Notes: a model not told the origin generated them from the sequence alone. A DNA stretch of 64,000 bases from an uncultured Atribacterota bacterium (GCA_964433635.1 CAYSSG010000007.1:1609-65608), one strand, 5' to 3'. Positions 51,536 through 61,730 are shown, counted from the first letter of the stretch. Program-made: numbers and translations.

Positions 51536-52213
51536 ATGGATATTAAAGAGATTATCCGTTCCAGGAGAAAGACTATAGCACTTCAGGTCTGTGATGATGC
51601 CACCTTGATTGTCAGGGCTCCTTTAAGGATGAGTACTGATGTAATCCGGAAAGTTATCCTGAAGCATCATCGATGGCTGGAGAAGAAGAAAGGGGAAATC
51701 TTAGCCAGGAACTCAAGCAATACCTTAAAAGAATACATTGATGGAGAAGCTTTTCTTTATTTGGGAGTCTCATATCGCTTGAAGAGAGTAAAAGCTCATG
51801 AGCTTGAGCTTGATTGTAAATTAGCATTTTTGGGTGGCCATTTTTATCTTAGAGATTCTGTGCTTCATCCCAGAGAAGCCTTCCTCTCCTGGTATAAGCA
51901 TGAAGCTTTTAAGATAATTTCGGAAAGGGTCCATTGGTATGCCCGGCAGAGGGGATTGAAATATAAGCAAATTAAAATTTCTCATGCCCAAAAGCGCTGG
52001 GGTTCCTGTAGTCCTTCAGGCAACCTGAATTTCTCCTGGCGTTTAATCATGGCTCCCTTACCGGTGATTGATTATGTGGTCGTTCATGAACTGGTTCACC
52101 TTCTGGAGAAAAACCACTCCAGATCATTCTGGGACAAAGTCCGTCTCCTTATGCCTGATTATAAGATACACCGATCTTGGCTCAAGAAGAACGGTTATTT
52201 GTTGAGATTATAG
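51536..52213 (+). CDS. YgjP/DUF45-like (M48/WLM family) zinc metallopeptidase
   Basis: HExxH motif in HELVHLLEKNHS. The overall length and layout match the YgjP (UTP pyrophosphatase-like/SprT-like) family. Confidence 0.7.
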   Translation: MDIKEIIRSRRKTIALQVCDDATLIVRAPLRMSTDVIRKVILKHHRWLEKKKGEILARNSSNTLKEYIDGEAFLYLGVSYRLKRVKAHELELDCKLAFLGGHFYLRDSVLHPREAFLSWYKHEAFKIISERVHWYARQRGLKYKQIKISHAQKRWGSCSPSGNLNFSWRLIMAPLPVIDYVVVHELVHLLEKNHSRSFWDKVRLLMPDYKIHRSWLKKNGYLLRL

Positions 52214-52414
52214 GCAAAACTGGAACTGAGAGCCATCTTAAAATTAAATTGCATTTACTCTTCTTATAGATTGGATAAAATGATTATACATATGAAAAAA
52301 AGAGAGATTATTTCTGATTTGAGATTTTAAAAAGTTAAGCAGGGCAACAAAGATCATAATAAACCTGCATTTATTCTTTGCCCATCAAACCAGAAGTTAA
52401 AGAACAGGTAAACT

Positions 52415-53137
52415 ATGAAGGATTTAAAGAAATACCTGCTGAAAGAAGGAGCCTCCCTTGTCGGGTATGCAAACTTATCTGATCTTCCCGGTAAGATTCG
52501 GAAGCATTATGATTTTGGCATTTCCATCGGGGTAAGACTAAGTCCTGCAGCAATAAAGACCATAAAGAATGGTCCTACTGAGTTCTATCAAAGAGAGTAT
52601 ATCCGGGTGAATCGATTACTGGATTTTCTTGGAAACTCAGCAACTGAATATATTAACAAAAAGGGATTTCAGGCTTATGCTTTTTCCTCGACCTTATCGA
52701 CTGGCATCAATGACTTAGTGGATTTGTCTACCCGGTTACCACATAAGACCGTAGCAACCAGAGCAGGGTTGGGTTGGATAGGCAAATCAGCTTTATTAAT
52801 TACAAAGGAATATGGTCCGGCTATCCGGCTAATCACTGTCTTAACCGATATGATACTTATTGCAGGTGACCCGATTGACATTTCAAATTGCGGTGATTGC
52901 CAGAGATGTGTTCAGATATGCCCTGGAAAGGCGATCGTGGGATGTAACTGGAATCGAGGTGTAAAAAGGGAACAAATTTATAATGCTTCTAAATGCCGCA
53001 AAACCATTGAGGAAATGATAGGCCAGGCTAATGTAACAAATCTAATCTGTGGCTTGTGCATTGCTGTCTGCCCCTGGACTCAGAAATACCTTGAAAGGGA
53101 AGAAGAATGGAGGGAAAAGAAATGTCCATTAACCTGA
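52415..53137 (+). CDS. QueG-like protein (DUF1730 + two 4Fe-4S motifs; epoxyqueuosine reductase family, short form)
   Basis: DUF1730-like core (ATRAGLGWIGKSALLITKEYGPAIRLITVLTDMIL) followed by CGDCQRCVQICP (Cx2Cx2Cx3CP) and C...CGLCIAVCP. At 240 aa it is shorter than canonical QueG (~380 aa). Confidence 0.55.
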   Translation: MKDLKKYLLKEGASLVGYANLSDLPGKIRKHYDFGISIGVRLSPAAIKTIKNGPTEFYQREYIRVNRLLDFLGNSATEYINKKGFQAYAFSSTLSTGINDLVDLSTRLPHKTVATRAGLGWIGKSALLITKEYGPAIRLITVLTDMILIAGDPIDISNCGDCQRCVQICPGKAIVGCNWNRGVKREQIYNASKCRKTIEEMIGQANVTNLICGLCIAVCPWTQKYLEREEEWREKKCPLT

Positions 53138-53469
53138 AACGTGTTTATAAACCGGCTGAATCTGGTGACGGTTACCGTATTCTGGTTGATCGATTGTGGC
53201 CGCGAGGCATCTCTAAAGACCGGCTGAAGATAGATGAATGGCTGAAGGAAATTGCCCCTTCCAACCGGCTTCGAACATCTTATCATACCGGTGATTTGAG
53301 CTGGGAAGAATTTCAGAAAGAATATCTATCAGAGCTGGACAGGCATAAAGAAAAGCTGAGGAGTTTGGCTGACCTTTCCCGACAGGAGCAGGTTACGCTG
53401 GTTTTCAGTTCCAAGAATGAAGACCGTAACAATGCAGTCGTTTTAAAGCAGTTTCTGGAAATGCTGTGA
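53122..53469 (+). CDS. DUF488 family protein
   Basis: Family pattern (RVYKPAESGDGYRILVDRLWPRGISKDRLKIDEWLKEIAPSNRLR). The start overlaps the preceding gene's end by 16 nt. RBS GGAGGG. Confidence 0.6.
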   Translation: MSINLKRVYKPAESGDGYRILVDRLWPRGISKDRLKIDEWLKEIAPSNRLRTSYHTGDLSWEEFQKEYLSELDRHKEKLRSLADLSRQEQVTLVFSSKNEDRNNAVVLKQFLEML

Positions 53470-54094
53470 TCCGGATAATCAGTGGTGGCTGTAACAGATA
53501 GGATAATGAACTTCTGTTATATCAATAAGCATTTCCAGACTATTTTCTAAAAGATAAATTTTTGTATTTAGTTTAGAAAATTTAGGACAAGTTGATAGTA
53601 AAAAACTGTCGATGTTGTATATGAAATGTTTTTGATCAGTCAATCAACATAGGTTGACAATAAAAATTTTGCATGATATATTTAATATTCAAAAAACATA
53701 GTATGATAAATATTGAGTATGAATAAAACAAAATATAACTAAGAAAACTATATCCATATTATTTTAAGCAATCAAAACAATTAATAAAGAATACTGAAGT
53801 TATCCCTCATAATTGTATTTTTTAATTCATATTTGAAAGTATTCATCAGTAACAATTCAGTGGATCTGAAGAGTAAATCTTTGATAAGTCTTTAGGTACT
53901 TGTACATGAACAGACTTCATATTTAAAAAAATTTTAAATTCAAAGAGGAAATATTTTTTATCCATAAATCATTATATAGAGTAGGTCATCCTTTAAATAA
54001 ATAAAAACAGAAGGAGGTATATTTATAAAGTCTAAATTTTTTATGAAGTAGTTAAAAGAATATCAATTTATTAATGATGAGGAGGTATTTATCC

Positions 54095-55375
54095 ATGAAA
54101 AGATGGAATTTTAAAAGGTTCACTGTAATTCTTGTATTGATTTTCTGTTTTGGAGTTTTTGGGGTAACACTTGCTCAAGAGAAAGAGCCACTATTAGTAG
54201 GTTCAATCTGGGATCAGGTTGGATTCGGAGGAACAATTGGACAAATTTGTTTGCGTGGGTCTCAGCTGGCTGTGGACTTGGTTAACGAAGCAGGTGGTAT
54301 TTATGGTCGTCAAGTTGAATACATCAATATAGATGGTCAGAGCGAGTTGGATGTGATAGCAGGTGCAGCAAAACGACTTGCTGAGGAGCGACAAGTGTTA
54401 GCTGCCATTGGAAGTGAAGATGACTCACTTACCTCTGCCTCCGGACCTGTCTTTCAAGCTAACGGTACCGTCTTCTTAACCGGTCCGGCTACTACTCCAA
54501 CCCAACCGGAGATTGGTGAATACATTTTTATGCCGGCTTACGGTGACCATTTCCAGGGAACAGCTGCAGCAAAATTCTGTGCCGAAGAATTAGGCTGGAA
54601 AAAAATAGCGGTCCTTTATGATGCTGCCAGCGCTTATAGTGTCTATCTCTCTAAAGCCTTCCAGGAAGCCTTCAAGTACTTTACAAAGGACCCATCTGCA
54701 ATAGTACAGGTAGAATCCTATATGACCGGTGATATGACCTTCACTGCTCAGCTGACCCGAATCAGGGGTTTGCAAGATCAGATAGATGCCTTTGTGACTT
54801 TTCCACCAGAACCTCAGGATGCACCGGTCTATTCAAAACAGGCACGAAATCTGGGCATTACAGTTCCGATGTTCTTCACTGATGGCGGTGATGATATGAG
54901 TGTAGTTGAAGTTGGAGGAGAAGCGGTGGAAGGCGCTTATATCTCAACTCAATTTGCAGGTGATTCTCCCACAACTGAAAAAGGAAAACAATTCGTATTG
55001 GATTATCAAAGTAAGTATAATGCAGAACCTGGTTGTTTCGAATCAATTGGTTATGATTCCATGAGATTGGTTTTGGAATCAATCGAGGCAGTCATCGGTA
55101 TAGCCGGAGAAGAAGTATGGGATTCAATGACCTTAGCTCAGAAGAGAACAGCAATCCGCAACACGCTCCAATTGTGGCCTGTTTTTCAGACCACCATTGT
55201 TCCCATATCCTATCCGGATCCTGATACAGCTATCTATCCCAGAGTTCCGAATAGGCCGGTTATCTTTAAAGAAATAAAAGACGGACAGCTTCGCTACTAC
55301 ATGCATATGGAACCAGAAGAGATTACTCCTGACCTGCCGGCAGTTCTTGAAGCAATGGGTGCGATTAAAAAATAA
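54095..55375 (+). CDS. ABC transporter substrate-binding protein, type I periplasmic binding fold (LivK / amide-urea-binding type)
   Basis: Signal peptide (MKRWNFKRFTVILVLIFCFGVFGVTLA). Liv-type SBP length and motifs. RBS GAGGAGG 9 nt upstream of the ATG at 54095. Confidence 0.8.
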   Translation: MKRWNFKRFTVILVLIFCFGVFGVTLAQEKEPLLVGSIWDQVGFGGTIGQICLRGSQLAVDLVNEAGGIYGRQVEYINIDGQSELDVIAGAAKRLAEERQVLAAIGSEDDSLTSASGPVFQANGTVFLTGPATTPTQPEIGEYIFMPAYGDHFQGTAAAKFCAEELGWKKIAVLYDAASAYSVYLSKAFQEAFKYFTKDPSAIVQVESYMTGDMTFTAQLTRIRGLQDQIDAFVTFPPEPQDAPVYSKQARNLGITVPMFFTDGGDDMSVVEVGGEAVEGAYISTQFAGDSPTTEKGKQFVLDYQSKYNAEPGCFESIGYDSMRLVLESIEAVIGIAGEEVWDSMTLAQKRTAIRNTLQLWPVFQTTIVPISYPDPDTAIYPRVPNRPVIFKEIKDGQLRYYMHMEPEEITPDLPAVLEAMGAIKK

Positions 55376-55412
55376 CCACAGCATAATCTATTATTTCAAG
55401 TAGTGCAAAAAA

Positions 55413-55454
55413 GACGCGGGAAAGTAGTATTGACTTTCCCGTGTCCTTATTTTT
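55413..55454 (+). terminator. Rho-independent terminator / attenuator after the SBP gene
   Basis: Stem GACGCGGGAAAG-(TAGTATTGA)-CTTTCCCGTGTC followed by CTTATTTTT. Confidence 0.55.
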
Positions 55455-55475
55455 AGAGAACCAGGGGTGTATAAG

Positions 55476-56252
55476 ATGCCAATTGTGATGCAAATCAATA
55501 AATTAACAAAACAATTTGGAGGGCTGAAAGCTGTTTCAGGTCTTGATTTTGAGCTCAATCAGGGAGAGTTGCTTGGGCTTATTGGACCAAATGGGGCAGG
55601 GAAAACGACAGTCTTTAACCTTATTACAGGTCTTCTGAGACCGAATACAGGCCAGATTCTATTTCATGAGGAAAATTTAGCAGAATGGGCACCTCACCGC
55701 ATCTCTGCAGGTGGCATTGCTCGAACCTTCCAAAACATCAGACTTATGCCTGGGATGACAGTCAGGGAAAATATAAGACCTGCATTTCATCAAAAGATTA
55801 CATATTCCTTCTTGAGTTCAATTATAAGAACCCCAGCTTATATTAATACAGAATTAGAAATAGATCAGAAGATTGATGATGTACTGAATATTCTCCAGGT
55901 ATCCGAGTATACTGATCAATATGTTGAGGATCTCCCATATGGAATACAGAGGAGAATAGAGATTGCCAGAGCTCTGTGCCTTGAACCAGAAGTTTTATTG
56001 CTTGATGAGCCAACGGCAGGACTGAACCAGAAAGAAGCAAAAGAGATTGTTGAGGTTATTAATCATCTATTAAACGGCAAAAATATTTCGATGGTAGTAA
56101 TAGAACATAACATGCGGGTTATCATGAGCATATGTAGTCGAATCATTGTTATGAATCAGGGACAGGTTATTGCAACTGGTACTCCGGAGGAAATACAGAA
56201 AAACAAGGAAGTAATTCGGGTTTATTTAGGGGAGAAAAGGATTGCAGGATAG
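55476..56252 (+). CDS. ABC transporter ATP-binding protein (LivG-like)
   Basis: Walker A (GPNGAGKTT), signature (LPYGIQRRIEIARAL), Walker B (LLLDEPTAGL). Confidence 0.85.
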   Translation: MPIVMQINKLTKQFGGLKAVSGLDFELNQGELLGLIGPNGAGKTTVFNLITGLLRPNTGQILFHEENLAEWAPHRISAGGIARTFQNIRLMPGMTVRENIRPAFHQKITYSFLSSIIRTPAYINTELEIDQKIDDVLNILQVSEYTDQYVEDLPYGIQRRIEIARALCLEPEVLLLDEPTAGLNQKEAKEIVEVINHLLNGKNISMVVIEHNMRVIMSICSRIIVMNQGQVIATGTPEEIQKNKEVIRVYLGEKRIAG

Positions 56253-56266
56253 GGGGGATTTTTTCA

Positions 56267-56977
56267 ATGTTGCTGTCGATGGAGAATGTTAGTACTGGTT
56301 ACGGGAAAGCCCAGGTTCTCAAAAATGTTAATATTAACCTTGAAAAGGGTGAAATAGTGGCTTTAATAGGAGCCAATGGTGCTGGGAAAACCACAACTCT
56401 CAGGTGTATAACCGGGGTGATAAAGCCATGGGAAGGGGAGATCAGGTTTAATAATCATAAAATTGACTCTCTCCAACCCTACCAGATAGTATCGCTTGGG
56501 ATTTCATATTGTCCTGAAGGAAGAGACATATTTGGGAATCTTTCCGTCTATGAGAATTTAAAGGTAGGAGGTTACTTGATTAAGGATCGAAATGAGTTGA
56601 AGTCAAATCTTAATTGGATCTACGATCTTTTTCCAGTCTTACAGGAACGTCGTAATCAGATTGCAGGATCTTTAAGTGGCGGAGAACAACAGATGCTGGC
56701 GATTGGTAGAGCTTTAATGTCAAAACCGGTTGTGCTTTTTCTTGATGAGCCCTCTTTAGGTCTGGCTCCAATCATAGTAGAAAATATATTTGAGACAATT
56801 CAGCAGATTAATTCTTCCGGTACCTCAATTCTTCTGGTGGAGCAAAATGTCAGCCTTGCACTGGATCTTGCGGAAAGAGCCTATGTCCTGGAAAAAGGAG
56901 AGATTAGGTTGAGTGGCATGTGTAAAGACCTGAGCAAGAGCGAATATGTTAAAAATTCATATTTAGGAATTACCTGA
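56267..56977 (+). CDS. ABC transporter ATP-binding protein (LivF-like)
   Basis: Walker A (GANGAGKTT), signature (LSGGEQQMLAIGRAL), Walker B (LFLDEPSLGL). Confidence 0.85.
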   Translation: MLLSMENVSTGYGKAQVLKNVNINLEKGEIVALIGANGAGKTTTLRCITGVIKPWEGEIRFNNHKIDSLQPYQIVSLGISYCPEGRDIFGNLSVYENLKVGGYLIKDRNELKSNLNWIYDLFPVLQERRNQIAGSLSGGEQQMLAIGRALMSKPVVLFLDEPSLGLAPIIVENIFETIQQINSSGTSILLVEQNVSLALDLAERAYVLEKGEIRLSGMCKDLSKSEYVKNSYLGIT

Positions 56978-57008
56978 AATATCCAAAGAGTAAGGAGAAT
57001 AAAGAAAG

Positions 57009-57920
57009 ATGTTACTATATCTGCTTCAACAACTGGTGAATGCCCTTTCTTACGGAAGTATACTGGGTTTACTGGCAGTTGGTTATACAATGATCTACGG
57101 AATTTTAGGATTAATCAACTTTGCTCATGGTGAGATCTTTATGATTGGGGCTTTTTCTTGCTATCTTTTTGTCACGATGCTTAAATTACCCTGGTTTACA
57201 GCTGCAATTTTAGCAATTATTGCTTCTATCATTACAGGATTAGCATTAGAAAAAATTGCTTATCGTCCTTGTATTCGCAAAGGAGGCTCCGTTTTAACTA
57301 TATTCATTATTTCATTCGCTGCCTCAATCTTTTTAAGATATCTGTTTATGATGTTTTTTACGGATGAACGCCGTGCATTTCCTATTCCTGCTTTCTTTGA
57401 AAAGATGTATTTTATTGGAGACATTGTCATAGGGCTTCGAGACATACTCATATTTATCACCACCGTGGTCATCATGCTGGTTATCAGTTACTTTATAAAA
57501 TATTCCAAACTTGGAATAGCAATGAGGGCTGTCTCATATGATAAGAGAACTGCAAATTTTATGGGAATTAACAGCACTGGAATTATTAAAATTGCCTTTA
57601 TTATTGGTTCGATACTGGCAGGCATTTCCGGGCTGGAATATGGATTGAGTTTTGGGATTGTGAATCCTAGTATGGGTTTTAATCCCGGACTGACAGGTTT
57701 TATTGCTGCAGTCCTTGGAGGAGTCGGAAATGTCCCGGGAGCTATGATTGCCGGATTCATTGTAGGGATAGGTGAAATTCTCTTTGTAGCAATGCTTCCG
57801 TCCATTTACTCGCCTCTTCGTCCTTTATTCGTCTGGGTTCTATTGTTTTTCATACTTTTCTTAAAACCAACAGGGCTATTTCGACCCAATGTTAAATTTG
57901 ATGGGGGGTGGGAAGAATGA
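57009..57920 (+). CDS. Branched-chain-type ABC permease (LivH-like)
   Basis: Polytopic membrane protein with LivH motifs (LINFAHGEIFMIGAF...). Confidence 0.8.
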   Translation: MLLYLLQQLVNALSYGSILGLLAVGYTMIYGILGLINFAHGEIFMIGAFSCYLFVTMLKLPWFTAAILAIIASIITGLALEKIAYRPCIRKGGSVLTIFIISFAASIFLRYLFMMFFTDERRAFPIPAFFEKMYFIGDIVIGLRDILIFITTVVIMLVISYFIKYSKLGIAMRAVSYDKRTANFMGINSTGIIKIAFIIGSILAGISGLEYGLSFGIVNPSMGFNPGLTGFIAAVLGGVGNVPGAMIAGFIVGIGEILFVAMLPSIYSPLRPLFVWVLLFFILFLKPTGLFRPNVKFDGGWEE

Positions 57921-58972
57921 AAAAAAACAAAAATACTTTCATGAAGCAATTGTTTTATATCGTATTTTTTGTATCAGCAATTGTCATACTTGCCCTGATT
58001 GAGAAAAATATGAAAGGGTTTTACCTTGGTATTTTTCTATTATTCGGAATTAATGCGATTATTTGTCTTGGTGTTACCATCACCAATGGCTATGCAAATA
58101 TCTTTTCTTTAGGATTTGGGGGGATTATGCTATTTTCAGCTTATGTTTCAAGCTTGTTTACTCTTCCAATCCAGTACAAAGCTTCCTTCTTGCAGCTTCC
58201 CGAATGGTTAGAAGCAGCACAGTTACCATTTATATTTGCCTTGCTTTTGGGTGCGATTGCAGCTGTACTGGCAAGTATTACGCTGGTTTTGCCTGCTTTC
58301 CGCCTTAGAGGGCACTATTTTATTCTTGCCTCGATCGGTATTAATATCGTCATGGCAAATCTGGCTGTAAACCTGCGTTCTTTTACTCATGGACCCTTAG
58401 GAATTCGAAATATGCCCTTTGCAACGAATGTCTGGTGGGTATACGGAATCTTGTTTTTAACAGTTCTTTTTATGTGGAGATTTACCCATTCAAAATTTGG
58501 ACGGGCAGTCATCACGCTGGGAAAGGATCAGACTCTGGCATCTACCATGGGTATTGATGTTGTTCGCTATAAAATCTATGCATTTGCTATCGGTAGTTTT
58601 ATTGTCGGGTTAGCTGGCCCATTATGGGTTCACTACACAGGAGCGATGCACCCGGAAGTATTTGGCCTTGTTTTTGTTTTTCAAATTATTGCTATGCTGG
58701 TCATTGGAGGCTTAGGAACAATTCCGGGCGCTATACTTGGTGCCGGAATTATTACCATGTTTACACATCTTGCCCGGCCTGTTCAGGAGGGATTTCAAAT
58801 CCTTCGGTGGCATGTTCCTCCTCTCATTGGATTGATTCAGGTTTTAATGGCCATCATGATATTTTTAGTGTTAATGTATAAACCAGAGGGATTACTTGGA
58901 AAAAATGAAATTACAGGGCAGAGTTTACATTGTTTATGGTTAAAAGTTAGAAGAAAGGAGAATGAAGTATGA
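57917..58972 (+). CDS. Branched-chain-type ABC permease (LivM-like)
   Basis: Polytopic membrane protein. The start overlaps the livH-like stop and the stop overlaps the formamidase start (ATGA). Confidence 0.8.
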   Translation: MKKNKNTFMKQLFYIVFFVSAIVILALIEKNMKGFYLGIFLLFGINAIICLGVTITNGYANIFSLGFGGIMLFSAYVSSLFTLPIQYKASFLQLPEWLEAAQLPFIFALLLGAIAAVLASITLVLPAFRLRGHYFILASIGINIVMANLAVNLRSFTHGPLGIRNMPFATNVWWVYGILFLTVLFMWRFTHSKFGRAVITLGKDQTLASTMGIDVVRYKIYAFAIGSFIVGLAGPLWVHYTGAMHPEVFGLVFVFQIIAMLVIGGLGTIPGAILGAGIITMFTHLARPVQEGFQILRWHVPPLIGLIQVLMAIMIFLVLMYKPEGLLGKNEITGQSLHCLWLKVRRKENEV

Positions 58973-59853
58973 AAAAGATAACAAGAGATCAGGTAATTTA
59001 CGCTATGGGTAAATCCAGTAAGCCGGTCGAGTATGTAAATCCTGGAGAAACGCTGCAAATTGAAACAGAGGATTGTTTCAGTCACCAACTGGTTAAACCG
59101 ACTGATTCTCTTGAGAAAAATGTGGACTTCTCAAGAGTTAACCCGGCGACAGGGCCAATTTTCATTCATGGTGCCTCACCTCGAGACACATTAAAAGTAT
59201 TCATAAAAAAGATTGAGTTAGACAAACAGGGAGTGACAGTCGCCATGAAAGGCCTGGGAGTCTTGGGGCATAAAGTTAAGGATTCTCAGGTTGAAATAAT
59301 ACCAATCAAAGATAATACGATCCAGTTTGCAGGTAAAGAGATTGCCTGTGAGCCGATGATTGGAGTCATTGGTGTAGCACCCGGAGAGGGCGAAGTACCT
59401 AATAATACTCCCGGAGATCATGGTGGAAACATGGATACATTGGATGTCAGTGCCGGTGCATGTGTTTATCTTCCTGTTTTTGTTGAAGGTGCCTATTTTG
59501 CTGCCGGGGATATCCACGCAACGATGGGAAACGGAGAAGTCTGTGGAACCGGAGTTGAGTGCAGGAGTGTAGTTGAGCTGACTCTGGATATTTGTAAAAA
59601 CTACAATTGGCGAATCCCGGTGATAGAGACGAATGAGTATTTCTATTTTGTGGGAAGTGCCAGTACATTGGATCTTGCAGTTGAAAAAGCAACCGATGAA
59701 GCCGTCATGTTTATCGAACATACAAATCAGATTTCATGGAATACTGCTTACATGCTGGCTAGTCTTGCTGCAGATGTAATGGTTAGCCAGGCTGTTAATC
59801 CGCTAAAGACTGCTCGAGTCCGAATTCCAAAAGATCTTTTGAATATTATGTAG
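58969..59853 (+). CDS. Formamidase/acetamidase (FmdA_AmdA family)
   Basis: Family signature segments (NPATGPIFIHGASPRDTLKV...IGVIGVAPGEG...GGNMD...GDIHATMGNGEVCGTGVE). RBS AAGGAG. Confidence 0.8.
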   Translation: MKKITRDQVIYAMGKSSKPVEYVNPGETLQIETEDCFSHQLVKPTDSLEKNVDFSRVNPATGPIFIHGASPRDTLKVFIKKIELDKQGVTVAMKGLGVLGHKVKDSQVEIIPIKDNTIQFAGKEIACEPMIGVIGVAPGEGEVPNNTPGDHGGNMDTLDVSAGACVYLPVFVEGAYFAAGDIHATMGNGEVCGTGVECRSVVELTLDICKNYNWRIPVIETNEYFYFVGSASTLDLAVEKATDEAVMFIEHTNQISWNTAYMLASLAADVMVSQAVNPLKTARVRIPKDLLNIM

Positions 59854-60165
59854 TTCATTATAAGGATATACTGATATTATCCATTTTCTTAGATTTTTAA
59901 GGTTGGTTTCGTTGGTAACATATGAACCATTTATAAAATAGGTTATAACCCAATAGTAGAACAAATAAGTTTTCAGTGGAACCCTACCTAAGAATTTAAT
60001 TATCGTGAAAAGAAATCTTTAATCAATAAATATCATAGATGTCTTTATGGTATTTCTGCTGGTGATACCCTTGGAACTCCTATAGAATTCTTGAGATTGT
60101 AATGATGATTGTTAGTGTAAAAATATCTTGCCTTAGTAAAATTCAATGAGAAGGAATCCTATAGA

Positions 60166-61416
60166 ATGTCTACAGAAAAAAACAAACAACTTACAAGACA
60201 TTTTAACGAGGTAGAACATAAAAGTCGATGGCGGATGTTAGCTTTATTAGCAGTTTCGCTCATCCTGGCGATGTCGACCTGGTTCTCGGCATCTGCAGTG
60301 ATTCCCCAATTGCGGGAGATATGGAATCTTTCCTCTACTTCTGCCGCCTGGCTGACGATTGCAGTTCAGATTGGCTTCGTTTGTGGTGCGGTTTTTTCCA
60401 GTTTACTGAATTTATCAGATATAGTTTCACCCAGACATATCATTCTTGGCGGAGCTATTAGTGCTGCCGTAGCCAATCTGTTGTTGATTATTGCAGGTAA
60501 GGCTGTTTTTGGTATCTCTTTGCGTTTTGCCACCGGATTCTTCCTGGCAGGCGTTTATCCACCTGCCTTCAAGTTGATGTCTACCTGGTTTCGGGAAGGC
60601 CGAGGATTAGCCTTGGGAATTTTGGTTGCAGCAATTGTCATTGGAAATGGAGCACCTCACCTGGTTAACGGCTTAGGAGGATTAGATTGGGGATTGGTAA
60701 TCTATGCTACTTCTGCCCTGACACTGGCAGGTGGGCTGATTACCGAATTTTTTGTCAGGCAGGGACCGTATGCCTTCCCCAGGGCAACTTTTGATCCGAA
60801 ACAGATAACCCGCGTTTTTACTAATCGGGGTGTCCGCCTGGCTGTTATGGGTTATATCGGTCATATGTGGGAGTTATTTGCCCTGTATGCCTGGTTTTCT
60901 GTCTTCTTCAGGGATATGCTTTTGAATCAGGGTATTTTAGTTGGATCGGCATCGGCCTATGCTACATTTGCGATCTTTGTTTCCGGTGCTCTGGGTTGCT
61001 GGACGGGTGGAATTTTAGCAGATCGATGGGGGAGAACCAATACAACCATGCTTATGATGGCTATCTCCGGCAGTTGTGCTATCCTCATTGGCCTACTCTT
61101 TCACACATCCCCGTGGATGGTCCTTTTGCTAAGCCTGGTATGGGGCTTTACGGTAGTCGCTGATTCGGCGCAGTTTTCGACGATGGTGACGGAGTTAGCT
61201 GATCAGGCATATGTGGGTACAGCATTAACACTTCAACTGGCAGCAGGTTACACTATTACCGTAGTAACCATTTGGTTGATTCCGTTTTTGCAAGACATTT
61301 TTGGCTGGAGATGGGCATTTGCTTTCCTGGCTCTGGGGCCTGTCTTTGGTGTATGGTCTATTCTCCGGCTGAAATCTTTACCTGAAGCATCCCACATCGC
61401 CGGTGGTAAGGGTTGA
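60166..61416 (+). CDS. MFS transporter
   Basis: 12-TM topology with MFS motif regions. 416 aa. Confidence 0.8.
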   Translation: MSTEKNKQLTRHFNEVEHKSRWRMLALLAVSLILAMSTWFSASAVIPQLREIWNLSSTSAAWLTIAVQIGFVCGAVFSSLLNLSDIVSPRHIILGGAISAAVANLLLIIAGKAVFGISLRFATGFFLAGVYPPAFKLMSTWFREGRGLALGILVAAIVIGNGAPHLVNGLGGLDWGLVIYATSALTLAGGLITEFFVRQGPYAFPRATFDPKQITRVFTNRGVRLAVMGYIGHMWELFALYAWFSVFFRDMLLNQGILVGSASAYATFAIFVSGALGCWTGGILADRWGRTNTTMLMMAISGSCAILIGLLFHTSPWMVLLLSLVWGFTVVADSAQFSTMVTELADQAYVGTALTLQLAAGYTITVVTIWLIPFLQDIFGWRWAFAFLALGPVFGVWSILRLKSLPEASHIAGGKG

Positions 61417-61509
61417 GAATGATAATGAACGAAATTTTAATCTATCTGCTGCCCATTTACAATTTAGATAGACCTGAAGTAGAATATTCAGAGAAGTAGA
61501 AAGGAGCTG

Positions 61510-61719
61510 ATGGAAATGGAGAAGGCCGGATATTTCATTTTAATCATCGTAGCCATTGCCTGGATTGTAGCCTGGATTATTGGCATGTTCCAGAATAGTT
61601 GGATCGGTATGATCGGATTAGCAATGCTCATCGGTTTTGGATTACTTTTCATCAAGGCATTGAATGACCGCATCAAGAGCAGTAAGGATGACCGTTATTC
61701 CAGGGATGTGGACAAATAG
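61510..61719 (+). CDS. Small membrane protein (69 aa)
   Basis: Two predicted TM helices (AGYFILIIVAIAWIVAWIIGMF...IGMIGLAMLIGFGLLFI). RBS AAAGGAG. Immediately upstream of ybjQ. Confidence 0.35.
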   Translation: MEMEKAGYFILIIVAIAWIVAWIIGMFQNSWIGMIGLAMLIGFGLLFIKALNDRIKSSKDDRYSRDVDK

Positions 61720-61730
61720 GGAGGTATTAT

